Positions 53,920 through 64,000 of a DNA stretch of 64,000 bases are shown one piece after another; the stretch's first letter is position 1; every line of letters starts with the position of its first letter. Origin of the DNA: a virus; IMG/VR virus record IMGVR_UViG_3300025864_000012, positions 30,143 to 94,142 of that record. One strand, 5' to 3'. Below the pieces are notes generated by a model, which had not been told where the DNA came from, did not search any database, and worked only from the letters and a program-made list of their open reading frames with translations. A program made the position numbers and the translations under genes.

Positions 53920-54420
53920 TTAGTTGGCCGGGATGAAAGTCGCCTTGACGCGAATTGTGAAGCGGAGCTCACAGATGCGCGCGAAGGGTTCGTCGTTGAT
54001 GGTCTGGGTCATCTTCAGGCGGATGATGCGAGCATCTCCTACGCCTAGCTCCCCCTCTGTCACGAGCGTGGTGGTGTTAGACTCGCGCAGCTGGTCGTAG
54101 ATCTCCTCGAGAATGGCAAGCGTGCGGTCACGGACGATCTTGATGACTTCGGGCTCGGTTTTCGTGGGAGGGATTGCACCCGCAGAGATACAGTAGCAAT
54201 CAACTTGGTACAGCTCGTCGATGCGCTGTTGCGGTGTGCCCGTGAGGTATTGATACTCGTCGTCGATGGGCTCGACTCCGAGCACGATGTGCTCCGGGCC
54301 CAGCAGAGCAGCGTCAGCAATCGGTGCGGTGAAAACCGCGACACCCTGCAAACCTTGACGCTCCTGTAGCAGCTCCGAGAAGTTGTCCAGGAACGCGCCT
54401 ATTGTGCTGACACTACCCAT
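53920..54420 (-). CDS. tail terminator-like protein
   Basis: Position and size. Confidence 0.55.
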   Translation of the reverse strand: MGSVSTIGAFLDNFSELLQERQGLQGVAVFTAPIADAALLGPEHIVLGVEPIDDEYQYLTGTPQQRIDELYQVDCYCISAGAIPPTKTEPEVIKIVRDRTLAILEEIYDQLRESNTTTLVTEGELGVGDARIIRLKMTQTINDEPFARICELRFTIRVKATFIPAN

Positions 54421-55340
54421 CAGGCAACTCCCATGCGGCGCTTGCCGTACATACGGATGATCTTCCGCACGTCAGGGATACGGTGCCAAGAGCCGCGGAA
54501 GCCGTCGCCGGCAGCGAACGAGAGAGTCACGTCGCCCATCTCTGTGCGTTCAGCGGTGTAGGGGCTCACCTGCTTGGGCAACTCTGTCACAAGGATCTCG
54601 AGCACTGCCTTGCGCACAAGCGCGGGCGTAACTCTGTAGCCATGCCAATAGCTGACCAGACAGTTCTTGACGCCCATACCCCAAACACCATTTCGTCGCT
54701 CCAGCAAACCGCTGTCAGACGGAGCCATGCCATTGGTGTAGTCAGTGGGACTGAGATCCGGGGCCGTGAGGGTCGTGTAGTCAATGCTGGCGGCCGTAAC
54801 CAGTAGCGGCAGGGGGTGCCGCAGTAGCAAGCTGTAGGTGTTGTCACCGTTATGCGCTTCGTTCTTTGCAAGGCGAGGGAAGAACGCCACGTTGCAGACC
54901 ATCGGGCTCTCTAGCCACTCGCGGATCTCAAACTCCGCGTCCAGGATATCTGAGCTCGGATATTCAGGTGCGCTTGCCATGAGTCCAGTGTTGTGGAAGG
55001 CCCGTGCGGTCGGAACGTCGAAGAGCCTGTCCACAAGCCCAATCTTGACCGTGTCCCCGGCAGTCGTCTGCGCCGGCAGGTCGATCTGCGTCACCGTGGC
55101 GAACGGCTGCCAGTAGTCGAAGATGGTCTCGTTCCCATCCAGCGCAATCGTAGCCGAACAGGCATCACCGTTATCATCGGTACCCGTCAGGACCACGTTC
55201 CCCGTGAGCGTCGCCCCAGCCTTGGTGCCAGTGACGGACAGGCAACGCGGGACAGCGGGGTTTGTGGTCGCCGTGGTGATGACCTGCGGCGCGGCCAGCA
55301 GGGTGATGGCAGCGTGTACGGAAGCGGACAGGTCATTCAT
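54420..55340 (-). CDS. head-tail adaptor with N-terminal extra domain
   Basis: C-half V.Y.HGY...P..V..A.L...L..Y pattern of gp6/gp15-like adaptors. Confidence 0.65.
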   Translation of the reverse strand: MNDLSASVHAAITLLAAPQVITTATTNPAVPRCLSVTGTKAGATLTGNVVLTGTDDNGDACSATIALDGNETIFDYWQPFATVTQIDLPAQTTAGDTVKIGLVDRLFDVPTARAFHNTGLMASAPEYPSSDILDAEFEIREWLESPMVCNVAFFPRLAKNEAHNGDNTYSLLLRHPLPLLVTAASIDYTTLTAPDLSPTDYTNGMAPSDSGLLERRNGVWGMGVKNCLVSYWHGYRVTPALVRKAVLEILVTELPKQVSPYTAERTEMGDVTLSFAAGDGFRGSWHRIPDVRKIIRMYGKRRMGVA

Positions 55341-55342
55341 GA

Positions 55343-55672
55343 TTACGCCTCAACCGACCCTTCACACACGATGTTGGCGTGGTCAGCGGCGGTAGTGGTC
55401 GCAACCAGAGCCGTGTTGGCCGTCAGGCTTATGGGGCCGAGGGGTTTGTAGGTGAAGGTCTGGTTGGCACCGAGGTAGATGGGTCCAAGAATGGTACTTC
55501 CACCGGCCCCGTCTTTCAGGGTGAAGGAGTTGGCCGCCCCCTCGTTCGAGAAGATGACCTGTCGTATCATCAGCCGCTTGCCGGCACCCGGGGATGCTAG
55601 AACTGATTGGTCGGTGAGTGCAGCTGCTACACTTGCGGCGCTGCCACGGAACTTCGTCCATACGTCGCTCAT
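55343..55672 (-). CDS. small virion protein
   Basis: Structural operon, beta-rich. Confidence 0.6.
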   Translation of the reverse strand: MSDVWTKFRGSAASVAAALTDQSVLASPGAGKRLMIRQVIFSNEGAANSFTLKDGAGGSTILGPIYLGANQTFTYKPLGPISLTANTALVATTTAADHANIVCEGSVEA

Positions 55673-55701
55673 TTAGCCCTCCTAGGGCGTGGCGGGTTTA
55701 C

Positions 55702-55995
55702 TTACTGATACTTGCGGGGCCGTCCGGGACCACGACGCGGCTCGAGCTTTTCTACGTGCTCGGCTGCGTTCTGGGGCGGGGCCGCTTCAGCGGTCTGGAC
55801 GCCGCTGCGGTCGATCTCAACCTCTTCGACCTTCTCCTCGACTACTTCTTCGACCTTCTCTTCTTCCACGGCCTCGGCGTAACCGTTCTTGATGTAGTCT
55901 CTTGCCGACGCATCGCCGACGTCGACGATTGCGTTGAAGCGTGTTTGCTGCCCGTCGCAGGTACCAGTGACAGTGCGGAGCATGCGGATCTTCAT
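55702..55995 (-). CDS. hypothetical head-associated protein
   Basis: MKIRML...A...I..G.AE pattern typical after capsid genes. Confidence 0.6.
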   Translation of the reverse strand: MKIRMLRTVTGTCDGQQTRFNAIVDVGDASARDYIKNGYAEAVEEEKVEEVVEEKVEEVEIDRSGVQTAEAAPPQNAAEHVEKLEPRRGPGRPRKYQ

Positions 55996-56071
55996 TGAAT
56001 GGCCTCCCCTTCTTGGGATAAGAGAGCGGAGGTGGGCCAGAGTGACCCACCTCCGCCAAGTCGACGAAATA

Positions 56072-56317
56072 TCAGAGCTTCTCGTCAGTCCAGACGTCGT
56101 TCATCTTGATGTACAGCTTGCCAGCGCCGTCGACGCAACTGACATACAGTGAGCCGTCGGCCCACAGCGTGTCTGCTCCAATGGCGGTCACGATCTCACC
56201 GTCGTTGGTTGCAGAACCAGCGGCGAGAATGCACGGAAGACCGTTGGCGTCCTCGCCGATGATGAGGTAGTTACCACCTTGGGCGCGCGCGATCTTGGAT
56301 TGATAACCTTTGGCCAT
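56072..56317 (-). CDS. small virion protein
   Basis: GSLY....G..KLYIK motif; GGAGG RBS. Confidence 0.6.
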   Translation of the reverse strand: MAKGYQSKIARAQGGNYLIIGEDANGLPCILAAGSATNDGEIVTAIGADTLWADGSLYVSCVDGAGKLYIKMNDVWTDEKL

Positions 56318-56351
56318 AAGACTGCTAGCCTCCTTTCAGGGCTTGCAGGTT

Positions 56352-56396
56352 GAAACACAAGGGGGTCTGGGCCGGGAGGGGGAAACCCAGACCCCC
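56352..56396 (-). terminator. intrinsic terminator after the capsid gene
   Basis: GGGGGTCTGGG/CCCAGACCCCC stem followed by TTGTGTTT. Confidence 0.7.
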
Positions 56397-56448
56397 AGCT
56401 TGGCATGGCAACGCTAAAAGCGCCCCTCCACGCCAGGATCACGCAGTA

Positions 56449-57627
56449 TTAGGCGTGAAGCGTGATAGCCTTCACCTTCGCCGTGTCGAACAGATCAGCG
56501 TCGATGAACTGCGCGAAACGCACGGTCGTCTCGAACGAGGTGAAAGCGACAGAGTCGTCCCTCTCGATTCGGACGCCGCCAATGCGACGCACATAGTAAG
56601 AGCTGACGTCACCGAAGGTGACCGGCTTCAGGCCAGCGGTGCAGGCCGGATAAGCCGCGTCCTCGTACATCGCCTTACCGAGGATCGTGTCGGGGACACC
56701 AGCCGCTACGGCCGGGTTGAACAGGTAGTGACCCTCGCCGTCCTTCATCATGAAGACCTTAGCGAAGGCGGTGGAACCCAGGACCCACTTGCCGCGCATG
56801 CGGGCACCGGGCATCACCGACAGGTACAGGCCGATCAGCTCGTCAGCCGTGAAGTCGGTGGCAGAAGCAGCCGTGAGACCCGACGCTGCCCTGACGGGCA
56901 GGCCGTCCGGCATGGTCGTGCCGGTGCCGGCTGCGAGCTGAGTCGCGACCTTAGTGGCCAGAGCACGCGACGCGACCTCAGCGACGGCCATCCAGACGTT
57001 GATCTCGGAGTCGCGGATGAGCTCCTCGGTCAGCACCATGTAACCGTCCTGGCGGTACGAATCCAGCTGCGGCTGACTGAACACCGGGTTGGTGATCGTA
57101 GCCGGTGAACGCTCGGCCGTCTGAGTAGCGGACGCGTCAGTGACCAGCATCGGCCAGAGCAGCGTACGACCGTGGTTGGTGTCGATGTAGCTCGGACCCG
57201 CCGCGAGCACGCCAGACTCGGCATTCTCATGGAAGATCAGGTTGGTCATGAGCTGGCTGGTGTAGGTGTACCCAGCCTTGACCGTTGAGCCCGTGTCCTT
57301 GAACCACTCTTCGTTCGCGCGGACGAGCGGGATCTCGATGGAACGAGACTTCGGACCGTCCTGGGTGGGTGGCGCGGCCCACGCACGCATAGCTTCGAGC
57401 ATGGGGTTGTGCGGCTGAACGGCATGCATGATCTCGATGCCAGAACGGGCCTCTTCGACCTCGCGGTCGCGCTGGGCCTCGATGAGCGCACTATCGAGCT
57501 GCTCGCGCAGCGCGACTACGTCAGCGAGGGCATTGTCACGAGTCTCTTCAGGCTGAGACTCGTCGCGGGCCACATTGCCCGCCGCACGGTAAAGCTCGTG
57601 CAGTTTGGTGAGCTCGGAAGCAGTCAT
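56449..57627 (-). CDS. major capsid protein, HK97 fold
   Basis: AGGAGG RBS; TEELIRDS, G.GT..P.G, MKD.EG.YL, ILGK, FGD.S.Y. Confidence 0.93.
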   Translation of the reverse strand: MTASELTKLHELYRAAGNVARDESQPEETRDNALADVVALREQLDSALIEAQRDREVEEARSGIEIMHAVQPHNPMLEAMRAWAAPPTQDGPKSRSIEIPLVRANEEWFKDTGSTVKAGYTYTSQLMTNLIFHENAESGVLAAGPSYIDTNHGRTLLWPMLVTDASATQTAERSPATITNPVFSQPQLDSYRQDGYMVLTEELIRDSEINVWMAVAEVASRALATKVATQLAAGTGTTMPDGLPVRAASGLTAASATDFTADELIGLYLSVMPGARMRGKWVLGSTAFAKVFMMKDGEGHYLFNPAVAAGVPDTILGKAMYEDAAYPACTAGLKPVTFGDVSSYYVRRIGGVRIERDDSVAFTSFETTVRFAQFIDADLFDTAKVKAITLHA

Positions 57628-57664
57628 TGCTGCATCCTCCTTGTAGAATGTACTAGAATTGATC

Positions 57665-59008
57665 TCAGAACGTGGAAAGGGTCTTCCGAACCCGCGTCCG
57701 GCTGGCGAGTGGCTCCGCGTCATCGGCGGTCGGCTCGTCAGTGGTATCATCCGATTCGTTGAGTGTATCCGCACGCTCTTCAGCGGCGGGCGGCTCGTGG
57801 GTATCAGCAGCGTCGAGTGTCGGTTCATCGGCCAACGGCTCGGCGGGCTCATCGTGTGTAAGCTCAGGGAGCTGCTTGCGCAGCTGTTCCATGAGGGCAG
57901 TTGTAAGCGCCTCTGAGTCACAAAGAACCTCGGGCGTAACGCGTAGCACGAACTCTTGCAGTGTATTCACAATCGGATCCGCCTCGGAGCGTTCTTGCGA
58001 ATCCTCTGGATGCGCTTCAGAAAGTTCCGTGCAGGGGGTGGTGGTTCTCCCCTCGTCACCTTCGACGGCGACGTAGAAGGACTGTATCTCTACCTCGAAC
58101 GGAGTTCCAAGCGTGATGGAATCGTCATCCGCACGTTGGTAGGACAGTTGATAGAGGCGGTAATTCTCATCGTATGCCTCATAGACAGCCCAATCCAGTC
58201 CGCAATCCATGACCCAGTTCGAAAGACCGAGGTCGTTCTTGATGGCCTCAGAGACGGCATCACGCAGATCGTTGAACGAGGCCTGAGTTACAGCTGCTCC
58301 CGAGGGGTCAGCGGCGGGTGCGGCCCGTTCCGACCCGGTATCAACAGGAATACCGCCAGGCACCCAAAGCTGTCGCAACTTTGCGTCGCGTTCTGAATCA
58401 TCAGCGATCTGCTCGAGATACTTGTGCACCTCTGACACCGACCTTTGGCACCATTCCGCGAAGCGCGCGATCGCCACAGCATAGCCAATCGGGTCATCAG
58501 CGGAATTGACAGATACATCGGTGCTTTCGTAGGCAGGGTAGGTCACGGGAGATACGTCGAAGAGGCGTGCCTCCTTGATGTCGAAGAGCGGCAGCATCTC
58601 GCCAGCATCCTCATCCGGCTCGGTACGCGCCTCCTTGACGATCTTGAACGCGAAGGACGACTGGGTGACATCACCGCGCTCGATGGAGGTGTAGAGGTCC
58701 TTGGCAACCTGTGTATCTGGCAAGTCGATCTCGTAGGCAAGACCAGTCTCGTCCTCCGAGAGCCTCAGCGTGCCAGCCTTGTTGCGGCCCAGCACGAAGT
58801 TGGGTTCGTGGTTGAAGAGGGCTCGAACGTCAGATTCCTTGATGGTCTTCTTGAATGTTCCAGAGCTGATCTTTTCGCGGAACATTCCCATGATGATGGT
58901 CTCGACGTCGAAGACCGCAGCGTGACCGATCAGTGTCGCACCGCTCCCGGCGTCACCGCGCATTTCGAAACCAGTAGGCAGGGTGCGGCGTTGTACGTCT
59001 AGTCTCAC
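57665..59008 (-). CDS. HK97-family prohead protease with long acidic C-terminal extension
   Basis: GHAAVF, LFNH, LGR, SSFAF, DVSPVTYPAY. Confidence 0.92.
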   Translation of the reverse strand: MRLDVQRRTLPTGFEMRGDAGSGATLIGHAAVFDVETIIMGMFREKISSGTFKKTIKESDVRALFNHEPNFVLGRNKAGTLRLSEDETGLAYEIDLPDTQVAKDLYTSIERGDVTQSSFAFKIVKEARTEPDEDAGEMLPLFDIKEARLFDVSPVTYPAYESTDVSVNSADDPIGYAVAIARFAEWCQRSVSEVHKYLEQIADDSERDAKLRQLWVPGGIPVDTGSERAAPAADPSGAAVTQASFNDLRDAVSEAIKNDLGLSNWVMDCGLDWAVYEAYDENYRLYQLSYQRADDDSITLGTPFEVEIQSFYVAVEGDEGRTTTPCTELSEAHPEDSQERSEADPIVNTLQEFVLRVTPEVLCDSEALTTALMEQLRKQLPELTHDEPAEPLADEPTLDAADTHEPPAAEERADTLNESDDTTDEPTADDAEPLASRTRVRKTLSTF

Positions 59009-59043
59009 AGGGTCTCCTTTTCCTTTGTGATTCAGGGCCGGGC

Positions 59044-60309
59044 TTACGGCTGAGGTGTTTCTGGAGGAGCCTTCGGCGGTTCCGGAGGAACCTTCTCGGG
59101 CACCAGCAGCGAGCCGTCTGGCCCAATGGGGGCGTATGTGCTATTCATGTAGTGCTCGTTACCGCCGTCATACGGGTTGAGGTCCTCTCGTGCGCGGATC
59201 TCATTCGGGGAGAGCGCACCGTTGTTGAGTAGGGCTGTGTAGAGAGCAGAGCGGGCCGCGGAGTCGCCACGCTTCAGACCCTCGAGGCTGAACTTGACGC
59301 GCCAATCGAAGTTCGCGTCCCGAGCGTTCGACAGCGCCCACTCACGCACGAGCGGTCGTAATGCTGATTCGAGGCGGTTGACCCAAGGACTTAGGGTGAT
59401 GGTGGCAAACTGCATGTACTGTTGTTCGATGTTGCTGTAGGTGGCTTTGGAGAGATCGCCCAGAAGGTGCGGCGGAATGCGGAACCAGCGGGCAACCTCA
59501 GCAACGTTGAACTCTTTGGTCTGGAGGAACTGCGCGTCCTCATTACTCATGGTCAGTGTGGTCACGGTCTTCGCGCCGCCCAACACGGCGGTCTTGTGGG
59601 AATTCTGTCCGGAGTGCAGCTTGTCCATGCGGCTGGCAATGCTCTCGGCAACCGTGTCGTCAATGGGCTCGTCGGACGTCACAAGCACTCTGGGGGTAGC
59701 GGCGTTGGCCCACAGCAGATGGCCGTGCCTCTCCACAGCCAAAGCGCCGCCCAACATCTGGCGCGCATAGCTGACAACGGACATCCCTCTCATCTCACCG
59801 GGCAGGGTAAGGCCCTTGACCATCAGGAAGTCGTCGTTCGGGTATGTCTCGCTGCCCTTCGTGAACCAGCGCCTGCTTTTGGAATCCCGATCCACTTCTA
59901 CAGCGCGGGGATCCTGCAGCCACAGCTCTTGCGTGGTGCCCGCCTTATCACGAACCCGGTAGGCGAAGAGGTTACCTTCTAGAAGCAGACCCACCATGCC
60001 ACTACTGATGAAGGTCATCCAGTCATCCTCGGAGTTGACATCCTCGGTCCACTTCGGATTCGGGCGGGGGTAACGAGCGTTGGGGTAGCGGGCAATGGTG
60101 TAAACTGGCAGTGTGCCGAGCACCTCTGAAATAGTATTCACGGCGGCGAATACCGCCGAGACACCCAGAGCCGTCTCGTCACCGACAGCGACGCCCGCGT
60201 CTGTCATAGCGCCGCCACCCGACCAAAACATGCCGGGATCCTGCGCCGGATGCGAGTCCGCCGTCTTGAACCAGTTCAGCGTGGGCCATGCCCGCTTGAA
60301 CAGTGTCAA
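59044..60309 (-). CDS. portal protein, HK97 family
   Basis: AVFAAV..I, GN.F, G.S, DAQFL, VARWF.IPP.L.G, SNIEQ, PNEIR..E.L. Confidence 0.95.
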   Translation of the reverse strand: MTLFKRAWPTLNWFKTADSHPAQDPGMFWSGGGAMTDAGVAVGDETALGVSAVFAAVNTISEVLGTLPVYTIARYPNARYPRPNPKWTEDVNSEDDWMTFISSGMVGLLLEGNLFAYRVRDKAGTTQELWLQDPRAVEVDRDSKSRRWFTKGSETYPNDDFLMVKGLTLPGEMRGMSVVSYARQMLGGALAVERHGHLLWANAATPRVLVTSDEPIDDTVAESIASRMDKLHSGQNSHKTAVLGGAKTVTTLTMSNEDAQFLQTKEFNVAEVARWFRIPPHLLGDLSKATYSNIEQQYMQFATITLSPWVNRLESALRPLVREWALSNARDANFDWRVKFSLEGLKRGDSAARSALYTALLNNGALSPNEIRAREDLNPYDGGNEHYMNSTYAPIGPDGSLLVPEKVPPEPPKAPPETPQP

Positions 60310-60461
60310 CGCTTAGCCTCGATAAGCTGAGCGACGACCATAGCGGCCAGGCCGCCACCGATGTACGCAGCTGGTAGGCCAAGCAGGTACATGCCGTAGC
60401 AGAGAGCCGCAATTCCCGCGACCTCCACTACGTATGCCACAATGTTACGAAGCCTCTGCAT
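60306..60461 (-). CDS. small 2-TM protein between terminase and portal (51 aa)
   Basis: MQRLRNIVAYVVEVAGIAALCYG...; typical position. Confidence 0.6.
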   Translation of the reverse strand: MQRLRNIVAYVVEVAGIAALCYGMYLLGLPAAYIGGGLAAMVVAQLIEAKR

Positions 60462-62067
60462 TCGCATCCTCGCCTGGTATGTAAAGGGTCATGCCACCCT
60501 TCTTTGGCACATCTTCTGTGAACGTGGCCCGTTCCAGCGCCACAACAGCTGCCACGATGCCGTCCATCTTGTCCTCGGCCTTGGACTTATCCGGTCGGAT
60601 ATTCCCCGAGGCGTCCGTCCGCACGATAGCGTTGTCCGCCATCCACGCTAACACCGGATGGCCGCCGTGGTTGATCTTGGATTCGGCAAGCAACCGCTCG
60701 AAAAGCTTGGAGGGCTCGCTCATGGTCTGCGGGCTCTGGCGGCAGACACTCACCATGACCCCCTCATCCTCTAGCTGGCCGGACATCTGCTTCATGCGCC
60801 AGGGGTCGTAACCGAGATCCTTCATATCGAAGTACTCGTTGTCATCCAGGATGTCCTGTTTGATCTTTTCGTGGCTGGTGATGTCGCCCGGGTGCACCTC
60901 GATGAAGTCCTGATCTGCCCAGCGCCGGAACTGCGCCTCGGACTTCGGCCGCTTCCCCAGTGCCGCTTCCGGCAGGTAGAGCTTGACGACGAGGTCGTAA
61001 CCATTGCCACGCGGGTCATCCGGGAGCCACGGGAACAGCTTGGCATAGGCGGCGAAGTCGTCTGACTCGCCGAGGTCCACGCCCGCGTAGCACTCACGGC
61101 CCGCGAACTCCTTGCGCAGGGCCTCCTCCGTGAGCGGCAACATGCCACCGCACTGCTTCCAGTGCAGCATGTTGATCCACTTCCGCTCCCCGGCAACCCA
61201 TTGATTGAGTCGCAGGCGGCGGAAGTTCAGCTCGGCGCTGGGGATACCCTTGGCCTTGGCCGCACTGGACCGGAACTTCTCGATGTCGATGACGCCGGTA
61301 CGGAGGGCGGGGTTAGCGTCAATCCAAACTTGCTCGTCCCAGATGTTGGCTTCATCGGCAGCAGCATAGATGGTGGCGTGGAAGCTCGCAATGGCGTCCG
61401 TGCCATCGATGATACGCCGCGCCTGCTCATGCCACTCCCAGCAGACCCCCATACGAGAGCCGCCCGCCGTGGTGATGATGCACAGCAAGGGTTGGTCGCG
61501 GGTCGCCATACCTTCGTCAATGACCGCCAGCAAATCACCATTCCGATGACGGTGAAGCTCGTCGACAACGGCGGCCGAGGGGTTGATGCCATCGTTGTAG
61601 TTGGCGTCAGCAGAGAGGGCTTGGAAGAAGGACTCGGTGCTGGGCACGTAGATACGCCTGTCGCGGTCGTACAGATATTCCTTGCCGCGCTTATCCGTCA
61701 CCATCTTCAGCAGACGCGGCGACTTACGAATCATGCTGGAGAGAATGCGGTAGGTCATGGCGGCCTGCTCGCGTGTAGCGGCTGCAGAGTAGACCTCCGC
61801 GCCATACTCGCCCTCGTCGAAGAGCATCTTGGCGAGTACACCAGCAATCATTGTCGTCTTACCGTTCTTCTTGGGCACCTCGAGATAGGTCGTGTTGTAC
61901 CGCCGCTTGCCGTCAGGACGCAACGTGCCGAAGACCTCTCGCAGCCATTTCTCCTGCCAGGGGTCGGGAACGAAGACTGCGTTGGCGTACACGCCGGCGA
62001 CATGATGCAGTCGGAGCCGGAAGAAGTTGACCGCTCGCTGCCCCGGGTCCACCTTACTCTGAGGCAT
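60445..62067 (-). CDS. terL: terminase large subunit
   Basis: PWQ, VPKKNGKT, AATREQA, VVDELH, ITTAG, GVDL...D, YDPW, KMDG.VA. Confidence 0.96.
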   Translation of the reverse strand: MPQSKVDPGQRAVNFFRLRLHHVAGVYANAVFVPDPWQEKWLREVFGTLRPDGKRRYNTTYLEVPKKNGKTTMIAGVLAKMLFDEGEYGAEVYSAAATREQAAMTYRILSSMIRKSPRLLKMVTDKRGKEYLYDRDRRIYVPSTESFFQALSADANYNDGINPSAAVVDELHRHRNGDLLAVIDEGMATRDQPLLCIITTAGGSRMGVCWEWHEQARRIIDGTDAIASFHATIYAAADEANIWDEQVWIDANPALRTGVIDIEKFRSSAAKAKGIPSAELNFRRLRLNQWVAGERKWINMLHWKQCGGMLPLTEEALRKEFAGRECYAGVDLGESDDFAAYAKLFPWLPDDPRGNGYDLVVKLYLPEAALGKRPKSEAQFRRWADQDFIEVHPGDITSHEKIKQDILDDNEYFDMKDLGYDPWRMKQMSGQLEDEGVMVSVCRQSPQTMSEPSKLFERLLAESKINHGGHPVLAWMADNAIVRTDASGNIRPDKSKAEDKMDGIVAAVVALERATFTEDVPKKGGMTLYIPGEDANAEAS

Positions 62068-62539
62068 CAAGGTCGGAGTCATCGTCTGGCGCTTCGGGCT
62101 CTAGGAACCCGATACGCTTGCGCGTGCCGGGAGAGAGGCCGAACTCCATGCGATACCGCTGCATCTGAGCGCGGTATTGGTTGAGGGTGGCCGTCACCGG
62201 GTGTCTGACTTCCTGATCCTGTGCGCCCTTGATGGTGTATCCATCCCGGGAGATGATGCGCTCGCACTCGCGTAGGCGGGCGTGGCACATGCACATGTCG
62301 ATGGCTGCTGTGACGTCGCAACGCGAGAGCTCACCGCGATCGATGAGGTCCTCTACAGTCAGGAGCCACTCCTGGGCAGCGTCGAGTTGTATCTGATGAT
62401 CACCGCCTAGCAGCGCGCGCCAATCCGGTTCTTTTGGCCGGCACGGCGGCTGCTTCTGTTCCTTTGGAGCTTTCGTATCCACGTTATCACCGCGTACCAC
62501 GCTCAGTTTCGCGTTCGGAAGGGGACCTCTGGCTCCCAT
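62054..62539 (-). CDS. terS: terminase small subunit, P27 family
   Basis: MGARGP.P, HP, EFGLSP..R. Confidence 0.92.
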   Translation of the reverse strand: MGARGPLPNAKLSVVRGDNVDTKAPKEQKQPPCRPKEPDWRALLGGDHQIQLDAAQEWLLTVEDLIDRGELSRCDVTAAIDMCMCHARLRECERIISRDGYTIKGAQDQEVRHPVTATLNQYRAQMQRYRMEFGLSPGTRKRIGFLEPEAPDDDSDLDASE

Positions 62540-62860
62540 AGCGTGTCCTTTCCACTCGTGACGTTCACAGTTTCGTACAGGTTTCTGGACGCCATTGGTA
62601 CTTCAGAATGTATCCGTTTGGAGGCACTTTCCGTAACCATAGCCTCGGGACGGTCCATTTCCGGAAACTTTGCGAACCGCAAATCACGGCCCCTGGCGCG
62701 GGCGCCAGCCCCCGGCTTTGTTGTGATTTAGTGCCCCCCCACACTCCAAACCCCTGTTTTGAGTGTTTGGAGCGGCGCAACACACCAAACCCCGCGCCGA
62801 GTTTGCACTCTTGCGAGCGTGCAAAGCCACAATACCCGGGGTTTGCACGCAAATTGTTGA

Positions 62861-63008
62861 TTTGCTTTCATTCCCTGTTTTGCTTTCATTCCCTGTTTTG
62901 CTTACAAACCCGGGGGCAGGGGCAGGCACAAGGCAGGGGCACGAGGCAGGCACAAGGCAGGGGCAGGGGGCAGGGGGCAGGGGCAGGAGCAGGAGCAGGA
63001 GCAGGAGC
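62861..63008. repeat. 18-bp tandem repeat plus G-rich GGGGCA/GGAGCA repeats
   Basis: TTTGCTTTCATTCCCTGT x2.4 (62861-62903); four G-tracts at 62960-62983. Confidence 0.8.
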
Positions 63009-64000
63009 AAACCCCGGGAACATGCCCGCAAACGTATCGAATCGGGCGGCCCGGGCGGCCGCAAGTTCGAGCCTACAAACACAAAACACCTGCAAATATA
63101 CCCCTATTTGAAAACAGCCCGAAAAGTGGTCTATTTGCAGGGACAAAACACAAAGTACCTGCAAACAATACCTATAGGGGTATCCGGGCGGCCCGGTAGT
63201 CTCCAATCGGGCAGCCCACGCCTAGCAGCGCAAACAAGGGTTTACACACTCTAATGCTGATAAAGCGTATGCAGGACGCTAGCGGGGTAAAACGGCGCGC
63301 GTACCCCTCCAAGGTGTACCCCTATTCGACTCCGCTAGAATGGCCGCCCTGCCCCGTTTGTGTAGCTCCCACGGTGTGCGCAGGGGTATACAGTCTGCCG
63401 GGCTTCGTCGCGCCGAGCGAGGTCAGACCACAAAGCCTTGCGTGGTCAATCTGTCGACGCTATGCGATCAAAGCCCGGGCTGCCCAATTCGAGACTATGG
63501 CGCCGCTTTGTAAACGGGAGTTGACATAGCTTCCAAGGTGTGCGCTTAATGCTTTCAGCCGCCCCGTGGGGGCAGCCCGACTTGCAGGAGCGCGGAGTTT
63601 ACAGGATGACCAAAGCCCGTGGCGCGAAGGATTCGCGCCGCGCGGGAGTTTGCTTAGGCCCGCGCGTGAACCTACTCGAATCGGCAGTTCGAGACATAGA
63701 GTCTGTCACGCCGATAGCTCCGCTCGACTAAGCAAACCCCGAGCACACAAACGGCAAAGCCCGACGTTGTTACGTTCAGACACTCGGGGGCCGGGAGTAC
63801 AGAAGGGATTCAAGAAAAGTCGTGCGCCGTCGTGCCCGGGGTTCACTTGTGCCCGTGCACGTCGCAACGCACGACATAGCGCGCGCCTACCGTCACGGGC
63901 CGCGCGGCGGCCACTTGAAAACCCTTCCAAGTTGGCTACCGCGCAAACCCCGAACGGGGCCGCGCGCGACACTCGGGCTTCGGCAGTCCATACCCGCGAA

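Noticed and set aside
126-62184. Long + strand ORFs (e.g. 126-1043, 10250-11161, 32018-33154, 47953-49473, 61162-62184)
   Set aside because: Antisense shadows of well-supported minus-strand genes in high-GC DNA; no motifs or RBS
62565-63972. ORFs in the right-end region
   Set aside because: Derived from simple repeats, no RBS or motifs, contradictory overlapping frames
1-64000. Alternative genetic code or stop-codon reassignment
   Set aside because: Genes are full length and tightly packed under code 11; no suppressor tRNA

Overview
This window is about 64 kb of a high-GC tailed bacteriophage with an HK97-type head and a long non-contractile tail. The host is not determinable, although several genes look actinophage-like. 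Essentially every real gene lies on the minus strand with ATGA/GTGA/TGATG coupling, and the many + strand ORFs are antisense shadows. Reading right to left: a 1.5-kb repeat-rich non-coding end; TerS, TerL, portal, protease and capsid; head-tail and tail genes (-1 frameshift chaperone, 1506-aa tape measure); beta-helix tail proteins; a lysis block (papain-like peptidase plus amidase); a second virion-accessory block with a 23-aa-repeat fibre; nucleotide and phosphoesterase genes; an RNA gene cluster; recombination and replication genes (RecE-like nuclease, initiator with iterons, primase-helicase); and many small early genes. Main observations: (1) the tRNA cluster (Asn, Ser, Ser, Tyr) contains an 81-nt RNA that is a tmRNA tRNA-like domain with no mRNA-like domain, immediately preceded by a structured 165-nt segment carrying a tag-like frame AKSSAAAFGLA*, a candidate mini or split tmRNA; (2) a dispersed but near-complete RNA-repair kit (RtcB, Rnl2-type ligase, CCA-adding/HD enzyme, RlaP-like nucleotidyltransferase, cyclic-phosphate-processing receiver domain, phosphoesterases); (3) two non-capsid ClpP paralogues; (4) an FN3-like domain split at the same point across two adjacent virion genes, at two loci; (5) a radical SAM enzyme coupled to an FETNSSSSHS-motif protein; (6) three paralogous NUMOD3-HNH genes. 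No integrase, DNA polymerase or CRISPR array is seen. All calls come from reading motifs by eye, with no database search.
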